DNA of 64,000 bases from Alphaproteobacteria bacterium (GTDB lineage Bacteria; Pseudomonadota; Alphaproteobacteria; UBA11073). Positions 37,397-46,736 of this stretch are shown piece after piece. The stretch is from positions 1,142,691 through 1,206,690 of the forward strand of contig CBDFFW010000001.1 of NCBI GenBank assembly GCA_965246945.1, read 5' to 3'. Made by a program: the position numbers and the translations under genes. Under the pieces are notes generated by a model. It was not told the origin of the DNA. It worked only from the letters and a program-made list of their open reading frames with translations, and did not search any database. Numbering within the stretch: the stretch's first letter is position 1; each line of letters begins with the position of its first letter.

Positions 37397-37891
37397 GTGA
37401 TTAACAAAAAGCCTGATGCAACCAGTACTGTTACTATTTGTTTCAACGGTTCGAATGTATCACCTGATGATTGGAAAGATGCAGCTGACGCAGCGATTGC
37501 ATTATTTACAAAAAGTGGAGCCGGTAATTTTATCGCTAAACGTAAAGATGATGATAAAATTATTGAATTTATTTTGAACCCGGAAGCGGGCGTGTCGAGA
37601 GCCAACGGTGTTCTAAAAGCATTACAGTCATTGCAAGTGCCAACAACTAAAGTCATCTTTGTGATTGGTTACGATGCAGATCCTGCTTTAGATGCCGGTA
37701 TTGCACCTGTGTTAATCAGAAATAATTACGTTACCCGTGATATTTCTGTAGGCGCCAAAGCTTATGGTCATGTTAATTATGCGACGGCACAAGATTTTAA
37801 AGAAAATCTTTTATACCCTGCCTTGGGTATTAACCCAACTGCCGTTTTAGCAGCAAACGCTGAAAAAGCACCGGTTATCGGTGGTCAATAA
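37397..37891 (+). CDS. Orphan hypothetical protein (second of a two-gene cassette)
   Basis: 164-aa ORF that appears to start at GTG, 12 nt after the preceding stop, with AAAGGTG upstream. No recognised motif. Confidence 0.5.
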   Translation: MINKKPDATSTVTICFNGSNVSPDDWKDAADAAIALFTKSGAGNFIAKRKDDDKIIEFILNPEAGVSRANGVLKALQSLQVPTTKVIFVIGYDADPALDAGIAPVLIRNNYVTRDISVGAKAYGHVNYATAQDFKENLLYPALGINPTAVLAANAEKAPVIGGQ

Positions 37892-37912
37892 ATAGCGTTT
37901 AACTTTCAGTTT

Positions 37913-37950
37913 AAAAGGCATTCAGCAACTTGTTGAATGCCTTTTTTTTA
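37913..37950. terminator. Bidirectional rho-independent terminator between the orphan cassette and flhA
   Basis: AAAA-GGCATTCA-GCAACTTGT-TGAATGCC-TTTTTTTT: an 8-bp stem flanked by an A-run and a T-run. Confidence 0.7.
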
Positions 37951-40050
37951 TACTTGCCCCACCGTCCGGATTTTCGCTTTCGGGTGAATCTCATTCTGGC
38001 TCATCACCGTGGTTTGGGCGCGGAAGCGTTCGATGATGGAGCGGACATAGGGGCGGATGCCAGGGGAGGTGAGTAAGACCGGGTTTTCGCCGGCTTCCAT
38101 CTGCCGCTGATAGGTTTCACGCACTTTGACGATAAATTCCTGCAGGCGGCGCGGGGCCATGGAGAGCTGTTTATCCTCATTCGGGCCGGTCAGGCTTTCC
38201 CCAAATTCCTGTTCCCATTCGGGCGAGAGGGTGAGCAGGGTCACATAACCCTGTTCATTGGCGTGACTATCGCATAATTGGCGCGCGAGGCGGGAGCGAA
38301 TATGTTCGGTCATTGCGCCTAAGTTGCGGGTGAAGCCAACCGCTTCGGCCACGCCTTCTAAAATCGCCGGTAGATCGCGGATTGAGACGCGCTCGGCCAA
38401 TAAACCTTGCAACACGCGCTGTAAGCTGGCCACACTGATTTGCGCGGGGATGAGATCAGCCACCAGTTTTTGGTATTCGACCGGCAGATTATCGAGCAGT
38501 TTTTGCGTTTCGCTATAGGTCAGTAAATCGGAAAGATTTTCGCGCACCGCTTCGGTTAAATGCGTGGTGATGACCGAGGGCGGATCGACCACGGTATAGC
38601 CGCGGAACAGCGCTTCCTCGCGTTTGCTGTCATCAATCCATTTGGCGGGCAGACCGAAGGTTGGCTCGGTTGTTGCTTCGCCGTCAACTTGGATAGCTTG
38701 CCCGCGCGGGTCCATGGCCAGTAATTGGCCCAAGCGTAATTTGCCGCGGCCGGCATCGATTTCTTTGATCTTCAACACATATTCATCGGGGCCGAGCTGC
38801 AAATTATCCTGAATACGCACGGAGGGCAGTACAAAGCCAAGCTCGCTCGCCAATTGGCGGCGCAGGCCCTTGATTTGATTGGTCAGGCGTTGATCACTTT
38901 CACCGCTGACCAGGCCGAGCAGGGCATAGCCCAGTTCCAAGCGGATATTATCAATCGCCAGCGCGGTGCTGATGGGTTCATCGGCCGGCGCGGCTGGGGC
39001 AGCCGCCACTTTTGAAGCATCCGATGCCGCCAATTCTTTAATAAATTTACGCTGCGAATGCAGTTTATAAGACAGCCAACCGGCACCACTGGCCAATAAC
39101 AAAAAGGGCGGCATGGGCATGCCAGGCAGAAATGACACCGTGAGCATCACAAAGCTAACAATGCCAAGACCCGCCGGATGGGCGGTAATTTGGCCAACAA
39201 TGGCTTTTTGCACTGAGCCAGTTACGCCGGCTTTGGTGACAATCACGCCCGAGGCGAACGAGATAATGAGGGCAGTAATTTGGCCAACCAGGCCCTCCCC
39301 GATGGTCAGCAAAGTATAATTTTTGGCGGCTTCGCCGACATCCATGCCATGTTGCAAAGTGCCGATAATGAGACCGCCAATGACGTTGATGAAAGTAATC
39401 AGTAAACCGGCCACGGCATCCCCGCGCACGAATTTGGCGGCCCCATCCATGGCGCCGTAAAAACCGCTTTCTTCTTCCAATTCTTTGCGCCGCGTTTTGG
39501 CGACATCTTCGGTGACCAGGCCGGCCGATAAATCGGCATCAATCGCCATTTGTTTGCCAGGCATGGCATCCAAGCTGAAGCGCGCGGCCACTTCCGCAAT
39601 TCGGCCGGAACCTTTGGTGATGACAATAAAATTAACGGTGACGATGATGGCAAAAACCACCACACCGATCACAAAATTGCCGGCCATTAACTGGCCAAAC
39701 GCATGCACAATGCTGCCGGCCGCCTGGGTGCCTTCATGCCCGTTGGAGAGAATAAGACGGGTGGCGGCGATATTCAGGGCGAGCCGAAACATGGTGACGA
39801 CTAGCAGCACGGTGGGGAATGATGTGAATTCAAGTGGTTTTTCAATAAATAACGCCGTCATTAAAATGGCCACGGCCAGCATCATTGAGGTGGCCAGCAG
39901 CATATCGATCAGCCATTTGGGGACAGGGAAAAAGATGAGGATGAGAATGGCAAAAACGCCAACCGCGAACATGGTAGGCCCAGCCCGCGCACCGGCGATA
40001 AAATCGCCGAAGATATTGCTGCCTTGCTCAATGGTAACGGGTGTCGACAA
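37948..40050 (-). CDS. flhA: Flagellar type III export apparatus protein FlhA (FHIPEP family)
   Basis: 700 aa with FSLDAMPGKQMAIDADLSAGL and GAMDGAAKFVRGDAVAG. The KFVRGDA form favours flagellar FlhA over injectisome SctV. There are 8 TM segments and a C-terminal cytoplasmic ring domain. Confidence 0.9.
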   Translation of the reverse strand: MSTPVTIEQGSNIFGDFIAGARAGPTMFAVGVFAILILIFFPVPKWLIDMLLATSMMLAVAILMTALFIEKPLEFTSFPTVLLVVTMFRLALNIAATRLILSNGHEGTQAAGSIVHAFGQLMAGNFVIGVVVFAIIVTVNFIVITKGSGRIAEVAARFSLDAMPGKQMAIDADLSAGLVTEDVAKTRRKELEEESGFYGAMDGAAKFVRGDAVAGLLITFINVIGGLIIGTLQHGMDVGEAAKNYTLLTIGEGLVGQITALIISFASGVIVTKAGVTGSVQKAIVGQITAHPAGLGIVSFVMLTVSFLPGMPMPPFLLLASGAGWLSYKLHSQRKFIKELAASDASKVAAAPAAPADEPISTALAIDNIRLELGYALLGLVSGESDQRLTNQIKGLRRQLASELGFVLPSVRIQDNLQLGPDEYVLKIKEIDAGRGKLRLGQLLAMDPRGQAIQVDGEATTEPTFGLPAKWIDDSKREEALFRGYTVVDPPSVITTHLTEAVRENLSDLLTYSETQKLLDNLPVEYQKLVADLIPAQISVASLQRVLQGLLAERVSIRDLPAILEGVAEAVGFTRNLGAMTEHIRSRLARQLCDSHANEQGYVTLLTLSPEWEQEFGESLTGPNEDKQLSMAPRRLQEFIVKVRETYQRQMEAGENPVLLTSPGIRPYVRSIIERFRAQTTVMSQNEIHPKAKIRTVGQV

Positions 40051-40100
40051 ACCGCAATCAGCCTAGCAAAGATTCGAGAGGGGGCGATGATTGTTTACTT

Positions 40101-40126
40101 GTCATCCCAGCGCAGGCCGGGATGAC
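40101..40126. repeat. Solo family C hairpin (GTCATCCCAGCGCAGGCCGGGATGAC)
   Basis: It has the same TTGTCATCCC / GGGATGACAA termini as the longer copies and lies between the giant ORF and flhA. Confidence 0.65.
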
Positions 40127-40134
40127 AATAAAAA

Positions 40135-43100
40135 TTATGCAACTGCTTTTACGGTCGGCAATTGCTGGTGATCTAACGCCGCTGCCAAATAGCTGTAAAG
40201 CTTGCCAATATCTGAAGTCATTAAGGTGGAGGCGAGTAAATCAGCCGTGTCCAACTGTAATGCTTGCCCGAATAACTCCTCAAACTGGCGCAGATATTTC
40301 ATGACCGCACCACGGAAATCGGCATTTTGCCAGTATTTTTCGCGGATTTTTTGGGCCGGAATATCGTCTTTAATGCCAACCAAACGTCTGGTAAAGGTGC
40401 CCAAATCGCCTTTGGCAATCGCTTGCCAATCCTGGTTGGGGCCAATGGGGTCTAAGGCTTTGGTGAGATCGATTGACAGGCTGTGCAAACCTTCAATCAC
40501 CTGTTTGGCATTGTTCAAAAAGACTTCACGGCGGCTGCGGGTTTCTTGATTTTGCAGTTTCTCCGTTTGGCTGACTGCTTCCTGGGTAACTACCTGCATT
40601 TCGCTCAGTTGACGACCAAGTAATTCGACCAAGCCTTGGCCGCGTTGGTTGGCCGTATTCATGGCTTTCAAGGTTTGATCGGCTTGCTGCACCAATGATT
40701 GACCGGCTTGCAGCAACACAGTTTGGGCGGCCGCAACGGCTGATTTAATGCTATCAACCTGTGTATTTAATTGCGTGCCGGTTTGCTGCAATTGGCCGGC
40801 GGCTTGCTGTTGTTGCTGCTGCAAACCTTGCCATTGCTGCTGGGCCGCTTGACCTGCTTGCGCCATGGCTTGCAGATTTTGCTGCGTGCCCTGGACCATT
40901 TGTTGTTGAGTCTGGCCTAGTTTAACCTGCTGTTGGTTAAATTCACCCACTGTGGTTTGCGCCGTTTGGGCCAATTGCTGCGCCATTTGGCGGAGCTGTT
41001 CCACTTCGGCCATCACTGTACTGCGGGCTTGCTGGCTATGGCTGCTGACGGCATCTAATTGTTGCTGTTGCAAGGCGCTGGCGGCCTGCATGGTCTGACT
41101 AATTTGCGCACCCTGTTTGGAGACAATTTGCGCTTGGTCCATTAAGTGCTGCGCGGCATGCGCAATCTGTGCCGTGGTTTCTGTGGCGGTGGCCAGCACT
41201 TCCTGGCTGGTTTGGCTGAGTTGTTGTTTGATGCCGTAAACCTTTTGGATGGCTTGATCGGTAATTAACCCCATATCCACGCCGGTGCTCTGCATTTGCT
41301 GTTCAACGGCATATAATTGCTGTTGGGTCGCTTGCGCGCGGGCGGTAATATCCTGATGGATTTGCTGTGCTTGCTGCTGCAATTGGGTTAATTGCTCGAT
41401 ATTAGAGTTACTGCCACTGGCCATGGCTTGATACGCATTTTGCAAGCTGCGGGATAATTCACCTAATTCATCATGGGTACGGAAGGCCAGGGAAGAGACT
41501 TCCAAGCCCATTTCGCGCATATGGTCGATCGCAGTTTGGTAGATTTGAGTGGCAGCGGTTCCACGCTCCATCAAACTTTGGGTTTCTTGGGCAGCCACAC
41601 GGGCCACATGCTGCAGCGCTGCAGTACCGCTGATGGCTTGGCTTTGTAAGGCTGCGGTTTGCTCGGCGGCAATATCAGCGGCTTTGCGGATGGTGGCGGT
41701 GGTTTGTTCGCCGGTTTGTTCAATTTTATTGCCGGCACCATCTAATAAATCGGCCAACCAAATAATATCCTTAGCACTGCGATCGGTAAGTAATGAAATT
41801 TCACTGCCTTCAGTTTTCAGCATTTGCATTGATTGATTTAGCTGCTGCAATAACTGTTGATGATCAGCGCCCAGGGTTTGGTTAAACTGACGGTAATTCG
41901 CCAGCGCTTCATCACTTTGTTGCGCAACCTGGCCGGCAGCGACGGCGATTTCCTGGCTTTGCTGACGCAAGCCGGTTTGCAATGAATGTGCATCGGCGAC
42001 CAAGCGTCCAGCGCTTTCATCCAATTGCGCCACCCCTTCGTCAACACTTTGCGTTAAAGTGGCTGCGGCTGCCTTGGCCACTTCGCCCACATTTTTAAAT
42101 TGATCTAACCGTTCGGTTGAACTGCTAATCACATCGCCTAATTCGGTTTTCAAGCTATGGATCGCCTGGCCAAAACCGCCTAATTGTGTGGATAGACTGC
42201 CTTGGGCTTGGTCCAATGTTTTAGTGGCATGTTCCAACACAGCCCGCTCGGCGCGCATATCTTGGGTAATATCCCGCAGATGCTGCACGTTGCTGGCACC
42301 AGCGGTGTAAAGATCCGCGCCTTCGCGCGTTAATTCGCCAAGCATGTTTTCCAGCATGCTCATCGCGCCGCTTAGCTCTTCACGCAATTGGGCGGTATCG
42401 CGGCCCAGAGTCTGGCTGATAATTTCGCTTTGCACGCGGGCGGCCGCCGTGGCTTCCACCAAATCACCGGCCATGCGTTCAACATTCGTGCCGACTTTAT
42501 CCGCGTGGTACGACATTTGATCATGCAGGCCGCGGGCCAGACCGATATGGTTCACCATTTGTGCCTGAAAGTGCTGATTTTGTTCGGCAGCAATGTCGGA
42601 AGCATCCCGCATATCAATGATGCGCTGCGCGACTGAGGCATTCAGTTGCATAATGCGTTCAACCGTGCGGTCGGTCGCTTGGCGCGCGACGACGGATAGG
42701 CCTTCAATCGTGCCAGCCAATTCGCCATGGAAATCTTTAAGATCTTTTTGGGCAGTTTGCGCTGACTCGGTGAAGCCATCGCGCAGGCCATGTAACTGAC
42801 CAGCCAGCGTGCCAACTGCTTGCCGCACAGTATTGGCCGCTTGATCGCCCATGCTGTTGGCGATGCGATCCAGGCTTTGCAGTGATTGGCCCAATTGATC
42901 TTCAATGGCCGCAATTTGCTGGCGCGTGGCTTGGCCCGTTTGCGCAAAACGCATTTCGATGTTCAGCAACTGGCGGGTTACCTCGTTCATGATCTCTTTG
43001 ATCATGTCCGGAGTGGTGGAAGCCGCGTCGGCCAAACGCTCTTGCAGTGTGATTAAGCGGCTTTCAAATTGCTGGTCAAACCCTTGAATTTGGGTAAGGG

Positions 43101-44421
43101 CCTGGCCGGCTGAGCGATCTAAAGTTGCCTGTACTTCATGGGAACGCGCGGTGAAATTTTCGCTCAAGTTACGGATTTGCGCCATCGCCTGAATAACCAC
43201 TGATTCAGCTGATTCACGGAAATCGCGAACCGATCCGCCAATTTCAGAGCCCATGCCGCCGAAGCGTTCCATCAGCTGCGTCATATCTGCAAATTGCTGA
43301 CCAAATTGCTTTTCCAATTTCAGCATTTGATCTTCAATTTTCACGCTGGCATCGCCCATGGCTTTTTCATGCGCAGAAAAACGGGCGGAGACATCGCCAA
43401 ACATATTGGCGGCATTAGCTGCACCGGATTCGAAAGCATGCATGCGTGCACCCAGTTCGTCCGCCACTTGGATCATGCGGCCATTGGCGGTGTGCAGACT
43501 GGAAACAGAACCAGTGATTTGCTGTTCAAAACGCTGAGTCGCTTCAGCAGCGCGCGCAATCATCGCATCGACAATTTTTTCCAAGGTTACAGAACCATCT
43601 AAAGCGTTTTGCTGAATGTTATTAATCCGGCCATCCAAAAGCTCAGATAATTTGGCCATTTGGCTGGTGCGTTCAACCAGAATAGTACTGGTGTCTTCCA
43701 AACGGGTGCTGGTGCCGTTCATCATTTTCTGCATGGCGGCAGCTTCGGCACGTAAGGCGCCGCGCGCCCGGCCAATAGTGCTTTCCACCTTTTCGGCCGC
43801 GGCGGTAAGTTCGCTTGCCTGCGCTTTTAAAGAATCGGTCAAAGCCCGTACGCGTGCTTCACTATCTTTGGCGGGATAAGTCAGCATTTTTAACTGATCG
43901 ACAACTGGTTGCAGATACGCGCGGAAATCATCATTACGCTGGATATGCGCCAACACCATCCACAATAAAGCAGGCGGGGCAGCCAAACCGGCAATCACAC
44001 TGCCCAGTTGATGCAATGGCATATGGATCAACCCGGACCAGCCAGTGGTCGAACTGATAAAATAGGTGGCAGTGGCCAGCCAACTGGCGCTGGCGACGGC
44101 ACCAATTTTTGAAACGGACCATTTAAATGGTGCCTGAATACCAGGCTTGTCATTCACATTGGCTGGTGCACTAGGCAGCGTGACAGTGCGTTTAATCGAA
44201 TCAGCGGCATTCTGCATCCGGCGAAAACTGCTGGGTGCCTGCGGGGCAGGGCGCATGGCTGGCGTCGGATGGGCGACTGTTTTCAGACTGTCGCGCAATG
44301 CCTGCAGGCGATCTTCAACCGTTTTTACCCGTTCATCAAAGCTTTCACGCGTTGGATTAGCATCCTCCGTCGCAGCGTCGCGCACTGCCTGGCCTTGATT
44401 ATTGATATTGTAAACAGTCAT
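40135..44421 (-). CDS. Giant membrane-anchored coiled-coil protein (1428 aa), TipN/GPR-like architecture
   Basis: A cytoplasmic N-terminus of about 105 aa is followed by two TM helices (IGAVASASWLATATYFISS, LGSVIAGLAAPPALLWMVLAHI). More than 1000 aa of Ala/Gln/Leu-rich heptad-like sequence follow, with poly-Q stretches near residue 1180. A non-repetitive C-terminal domain of about 150 aa ends the protein (FLNNAKQVIEGLHSLSIDL...FTRRLVG...YWQNADFRGAVMKYL). Co-directional with flhA, 84 nt upstream of it. Confidence 0.8.
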   Translation of the reverse strand: MTVYNINNQGQAVRDAATEDANPTRESFDERVKTVEDRLQALRDSLKTVAHPTPAMRPAPQAPSSFRRMQNAADSIKRTVTLPSAPANVNDKPGIQAPFKWSVSKIGAVASASWLATATYFISSTTGWSGLIHMPLHQLGSVIAGLAAPPALLWMVLAHIQRNDDFRAYLQPVVDQLKMLTYPAKDSEARVRALTDSLKAQASELTAAAEKVESTIGRARGALRAEAAAMQKMMNGTSTRLEDTSTILVERTSQMAKLSELLDGRINNIQQNALDGSVTLEKIVDAMIARAAEATQRFEQQITGSVSSLHTANGRMIQVADELGARMHAFESGAANAANMFGDVSARFSAHEKAMGDASVKIEDQMLKLEKQFGQQFADMTQLMERFGGMGSEIGGSVRDFRESAESVVIQAMAQIRNLSENFTARSHEVQATLDRSAGQALTQIQGFDQQFESRLITLQERLADAASTTPDMIKEIMNEVTRQLLNIEMRFAQTGQATRQQIAAIEDQLGQSLQSLDRIANSMGDQAANTVRQAVGTLAGQLHGLRDGFTESAQTAQKDLKDFHGELAGTIEGLSVVARQATDRTVERIMQLNASVAQRIIDMRDASDIAAEQNQHFQAQMVNHIGLARGLHDQMSYHADKVGTNVERMAGDLVEATAAARVQSEIISQTLGRDTAQLREELSGAMSMLENMLGELTREGADLYTAGASNVQHLRDITQDMRAERAVLEHATKTLDQAQGSLSTQLGGFGQAIHSLKTELGDVISSSTERLDQFKNVGEVAKAAAATLTQSVDEGVAQLDESAGRLVADAHSLQTGLRQQSQEIAVAAGQVAQQSDEALANYRQFNQTLGADHQQLLQQLNQSMQMLKTEGSEISLLTDRSAKDIIWLADLLDGAGNKIEQTGEQTTATIRKAADIAAEQTAALQSQAISGTAALQHVARVAAQETQSLMERGTAATQIYQTAIDHMREMGLEVSSLAFRTHDELGELSRSLQNAYQAMASGSNSNIEQLTQLQQQAQQIHQDITARAQATQQQLYAVEQQMQSTGVDMGLITDQAIQKVYGIKQQLSQTSQEVLATATETTAQIAHAAQHLMDQAQIVSKQGAQISQTMQAASALQQQQLDAVSSHSQQARSTVMAEVEQLRQMAQQLAQTAQTTVGEFNQQQVKLGQTQQQMVQGTQQNLQAMAQAGQAAQQQWQGLQQQQQQAAGQLQQTGTQLNTQVDSIKSAVAAAQTVLLQAGQSLVQQADQTLKAMNTANQRGQGLVELLGRQLSEMQVVTQEAVSQTEKLQNQETRSRREVFLNNAKQVIEGLHSLSIDLTKALDPIGPNQDWQAIAKGDLGTFTRRLVGIKDDIPAQKIREKYWQNADFRGAVMKYLRQFEELFGQALQLDTADLLASTLMTSDIGKLYSYLAAALDHQQLPTVKAVA

Positions 44422-44660
44422 GGATATGTGTCTCGTGCGGCGCGTGGGTGCTGATTCGTTAATAAGACGTTAACATGCTAAATTAACATGCCAACAGACT
44501 TTCTCTTAAAGGTTGTCAAAAAACTGTAAAGGGGTGAAATTTGGTCACACTATATAAAATGCAGTTGCGAAAAAATTCGGGTGATTATTCAGCAGGCAGT
44601 TTTAAAAATTTCATCAATAAATAATTTCAAATTATAAGGTTGCATCCATTACAATAAATT

Positions 44661-46067
44661 ATGGGGTTGCCGCGTACATTATATCAGAAAATCTGGGACC
44701 GGCATGTGGTGCATCAATATGATGATGGCACGTGTTTAATTTATATCGACCGGCATTTAGTACATGAGGTGACAAGCCCGCAAGCTTTTGAAGGGCTACG
44801 TATTGCCGGGCGTGGCTTGCGGCGGACAGGTGCCACATTAGCCACCGCCGACCATAACGTGCCGACCGCGGCGCGTAAATTCGGGATTAAAGATCCGGAA
44901 AGCAAATTACAAGTCGATACGCTGGAACAAAACGTTGCCGAATTCGGTGTGACCTATTTCGGGCTCAACGATGTACGGCAGGGCATTGTGCATGTCATCG
45001 GGCCGGAGCAGGGGTTGACCCAGCCGGGGATGACGCTGGTTTGCGGCGATAGCCATACCTCCACCCACGGCGCGTTCGGCGCGCTGGCCTTTGGCATCGG
45101 CACCTCGGAGGTGGAGCATGTGATGGCCACGCAAACGCTGCTCATGAAACCGGCCAAGACGATGAATATTCAGGTGAATGGCACGCTCGGCTTCGGCGTG
45201 ACGGCCAAGGACATCATCATGGCCATTATTGGCGAAATTGGCACGGCGGGCGGCACAGGGTATGTGCTGGAATATACCGGCGAAGCGATCCGCGCTTTAG
45301 ATATGGCTGGACGTATGACCATTTGTAATATGAGCATTGAAGCGGGCGCGCGTGCCGGACTGATTGCGCCAGATGAAACCACGTTTGAATTTCTGCAAGG
45401 CCGCGCGATGGCCCCACCTGCCGAAATGTTTGCCGCAGCTGTCGCCGATTGGCAAACCATGCCGAGCGATGCCGGCGCGGTTTACGATAAAACCGTGGTG
45501 CTGAATGCGGATGACATCGCCCCGCTCGTCACTTGGGGCACCAGCCCGCAGGATGTCGCGCCAATTACCGGGCAAGTGCCAGACCCTGCCATGGCGCGCG
45601 ATGAAGCGCACCGCGCCGCCATGCAACGCGCGCTCGATTATATGGGCCTGCAGGCGGGGCAAAAATTGCAGGATGTCACCATCGATAAAGTTTTCATCGG
45701 TTCTTGCACCAATGCGCGAATTGAAGATTTACGCGCGGTCGCCGCTGTGGTGGAGGGCAAACATATTGCCGCTAATATCTATGCGATGATTGTGCCCGGT
45801 TCCGGCCTGGTCAAAGAACAGGCGGAGCGCGAGGGCCTGGCCGAGATTTTCACCAAAGCAGGGTTTGACTGGCGTGAAGCCGGTTGTTCGATGTGCCTAG
45901 GCATGAATGAAGACCGGTTATTGCCCGGCGAGCGCTGCGCCAGCACCAGCAACCGCAACTTCGAAGGCCGCCAGGGGAGAGGCGGCCGCACGCATCTATT
46001 GTCTCCCGCGATGGCGGCGGCGGCGGCGCTGACAGGAAGGCTGACGGATGTGCGGGAATTATTGTAA
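44661..46067 (+). CDS. leuC: 3-isopropylmalate dehydratase large subunit
   Basis: 468 aa with [29 protein letters not shown], and the aconitase-family Fe-S cysteines ([19 protein letters not shown]). Confidence 0.95.
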   Translation: MGLPRTLYQKIWDRHVVHQYDDGTCLIYIDRHLVHEVTSPQAFEGLRIAGRGLRRTGATLATADHNVPTAARKFGIKDPESKLQVDTLEQNVAEFGVTYFGLNDVRQGIVHVIGPEQGLTQPGMTLVCGDSHTSTHGAFGALAFGIGTSEVEHVMATQTLLMKPAKTMNIQVNGTLGFGVTAKDIIMAIIGEIGTAGGTGYVLEYTGEAIRALDMAGRMTICNMSIEAGARAGLIAPDETTFEFLQGRAMAPPAEMFAAAVADWQTMPSDAGAVYDKTVVLNADDIAPLVTWGTSPQDVAPITGQVPDPAMARDEAHRAAMQRALDYMGLQAGQKLQDVTIDKVFIGSCTNARIEDLRAVAAVVEGKHIAANIYAMIVPGSGLVKEQAEREGLAEIFTKAGFDWREAGCSMCLGMNEDRLLPGERCASTSNRNFEGRQGRGGRTHLLSPAMAAAAALTGRLTDVRELL

Positions 46068-46119
46068 TTGCTTGTGCTTTAAATGGGTTGGTTTATAATC
46101 ACTGACAGGAGTTAATATT

Positions 46120-46302
46120 ATGCTTTATGAAGATTATTTATTACAATCAAATGGCCCCCGAATAGTAACTGAAGCAGGTAACATTGATGCGGACGGGAAA
46201 CGCATTGTTCATTTCAGTATTTACAAGCGAGATGGAATAAATAGCGTAAATTTAAAGCTTACTCAAACGCCTAAAAAAACATCTGTTAACGAGCCAAAAT
46301 AA
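46120..46302 (+). CDS. Small hypothetical protein (60 aa)
   Basis: AT-rich ORF with an AGGAG Shine-Dalgarno. It occupies the position where leuD would normally follow leuC but is not leuD-like. Confidence 0.3.
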   Translation: MLYEDYLLQSNGPRIVTEAGNIDADGKRIVHFSIYKRDGINSVNLKLTQTPKKTSVNEPK

Positions 46303-46306
46303 AGTA

Positions 46307-46678
46307 TCATTTATGATGCGCAGTCTGCCATTGCTGCATAAATTTAATTTCTTTTTCCTGCGCATCAATAATGCTTTGCGCGAATTTCTTTAATTCTGGG
46401 TCCTTGCCGTATTGTAATTCGACCTTGGCCATATCCACTGCACCTTGATGGTGGGGGATCATACCGTTCACAAAATCACGGTCGGCATCGCCGGTCATGG
46501 GCTGCATCATATCGTGGTGCATTTTGGTATTGGCGGCAGCAAAAGCAGCATCGGCGGGATTAACCGGTTTTTGCGCCGACATATTCATGCTAGCCATTGG
46601 CATATCGGCAGCGATAACAGCGGTCGCTGCGAAACAGGTAAATAGGGCAAAAGTGAAAGCTTTAATCATAATTGCCAT
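46307..46678 (-). CDS. DUF305-family periplasmic protein
   Basis: Signal peptide MIKAFTFALFTCFAATAVIA followed by FVNGMIPHHQGAVDMAK...FAQSIIDAQEKEIKFMQQW (the DUF305 H-H-x-x-A-x-x-M pattern). The longer ORF to 46966 is an antisense artefact over rsmA. Confidence 0.8.
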   Translation of the reverse strand: MAIMIKAFTFALFTCFAATAVIAADMPMASMNMSAQKPVNPADAAFAAANTKMHHDMMQPMTGDADRDFVNGMIPHHQGAVDMAKVELQYGKDPELKKFAQSIIDAQEKEIKFMQQWQTAHHK

Positions 46679-46736
46679 ATAGTTGATCTCATCAGGAAAG
46701 CAAAAACTAACTTCCCTATTCAGGATAAGGGTAGGG

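Noticed and set aside
37948-40050. Interpretation of the FHIPEP protein as an injectisome SctV (non-flagellar T3SS)
   Set aside because: The MAIDADL...KFVRGDAVAG motifs follow the flagellar FlhA form rather than the SctV form (MSIDGD...KFVKGDA). This is a by-eye judgement only, so it is rejected with moderate certainty.
39485-40066. 193-aa plus-strand ORF inside flhA (and 38324..38518, 38624..38812, 39113..39319)
   Set aside because: These are antisense shadow frames of the FHIPEP gene, and flhA accounts for the region.
44480-44500. Possible sigma-54 promoter (TGGCAT-N..-TTAGCA on the minus strand) upstream of the giant gene / flhA
   Set aside because: The GG to GC spacing is 2 nt longer than the strict -24/-12 spacing, so it is not a credible RpoN site.
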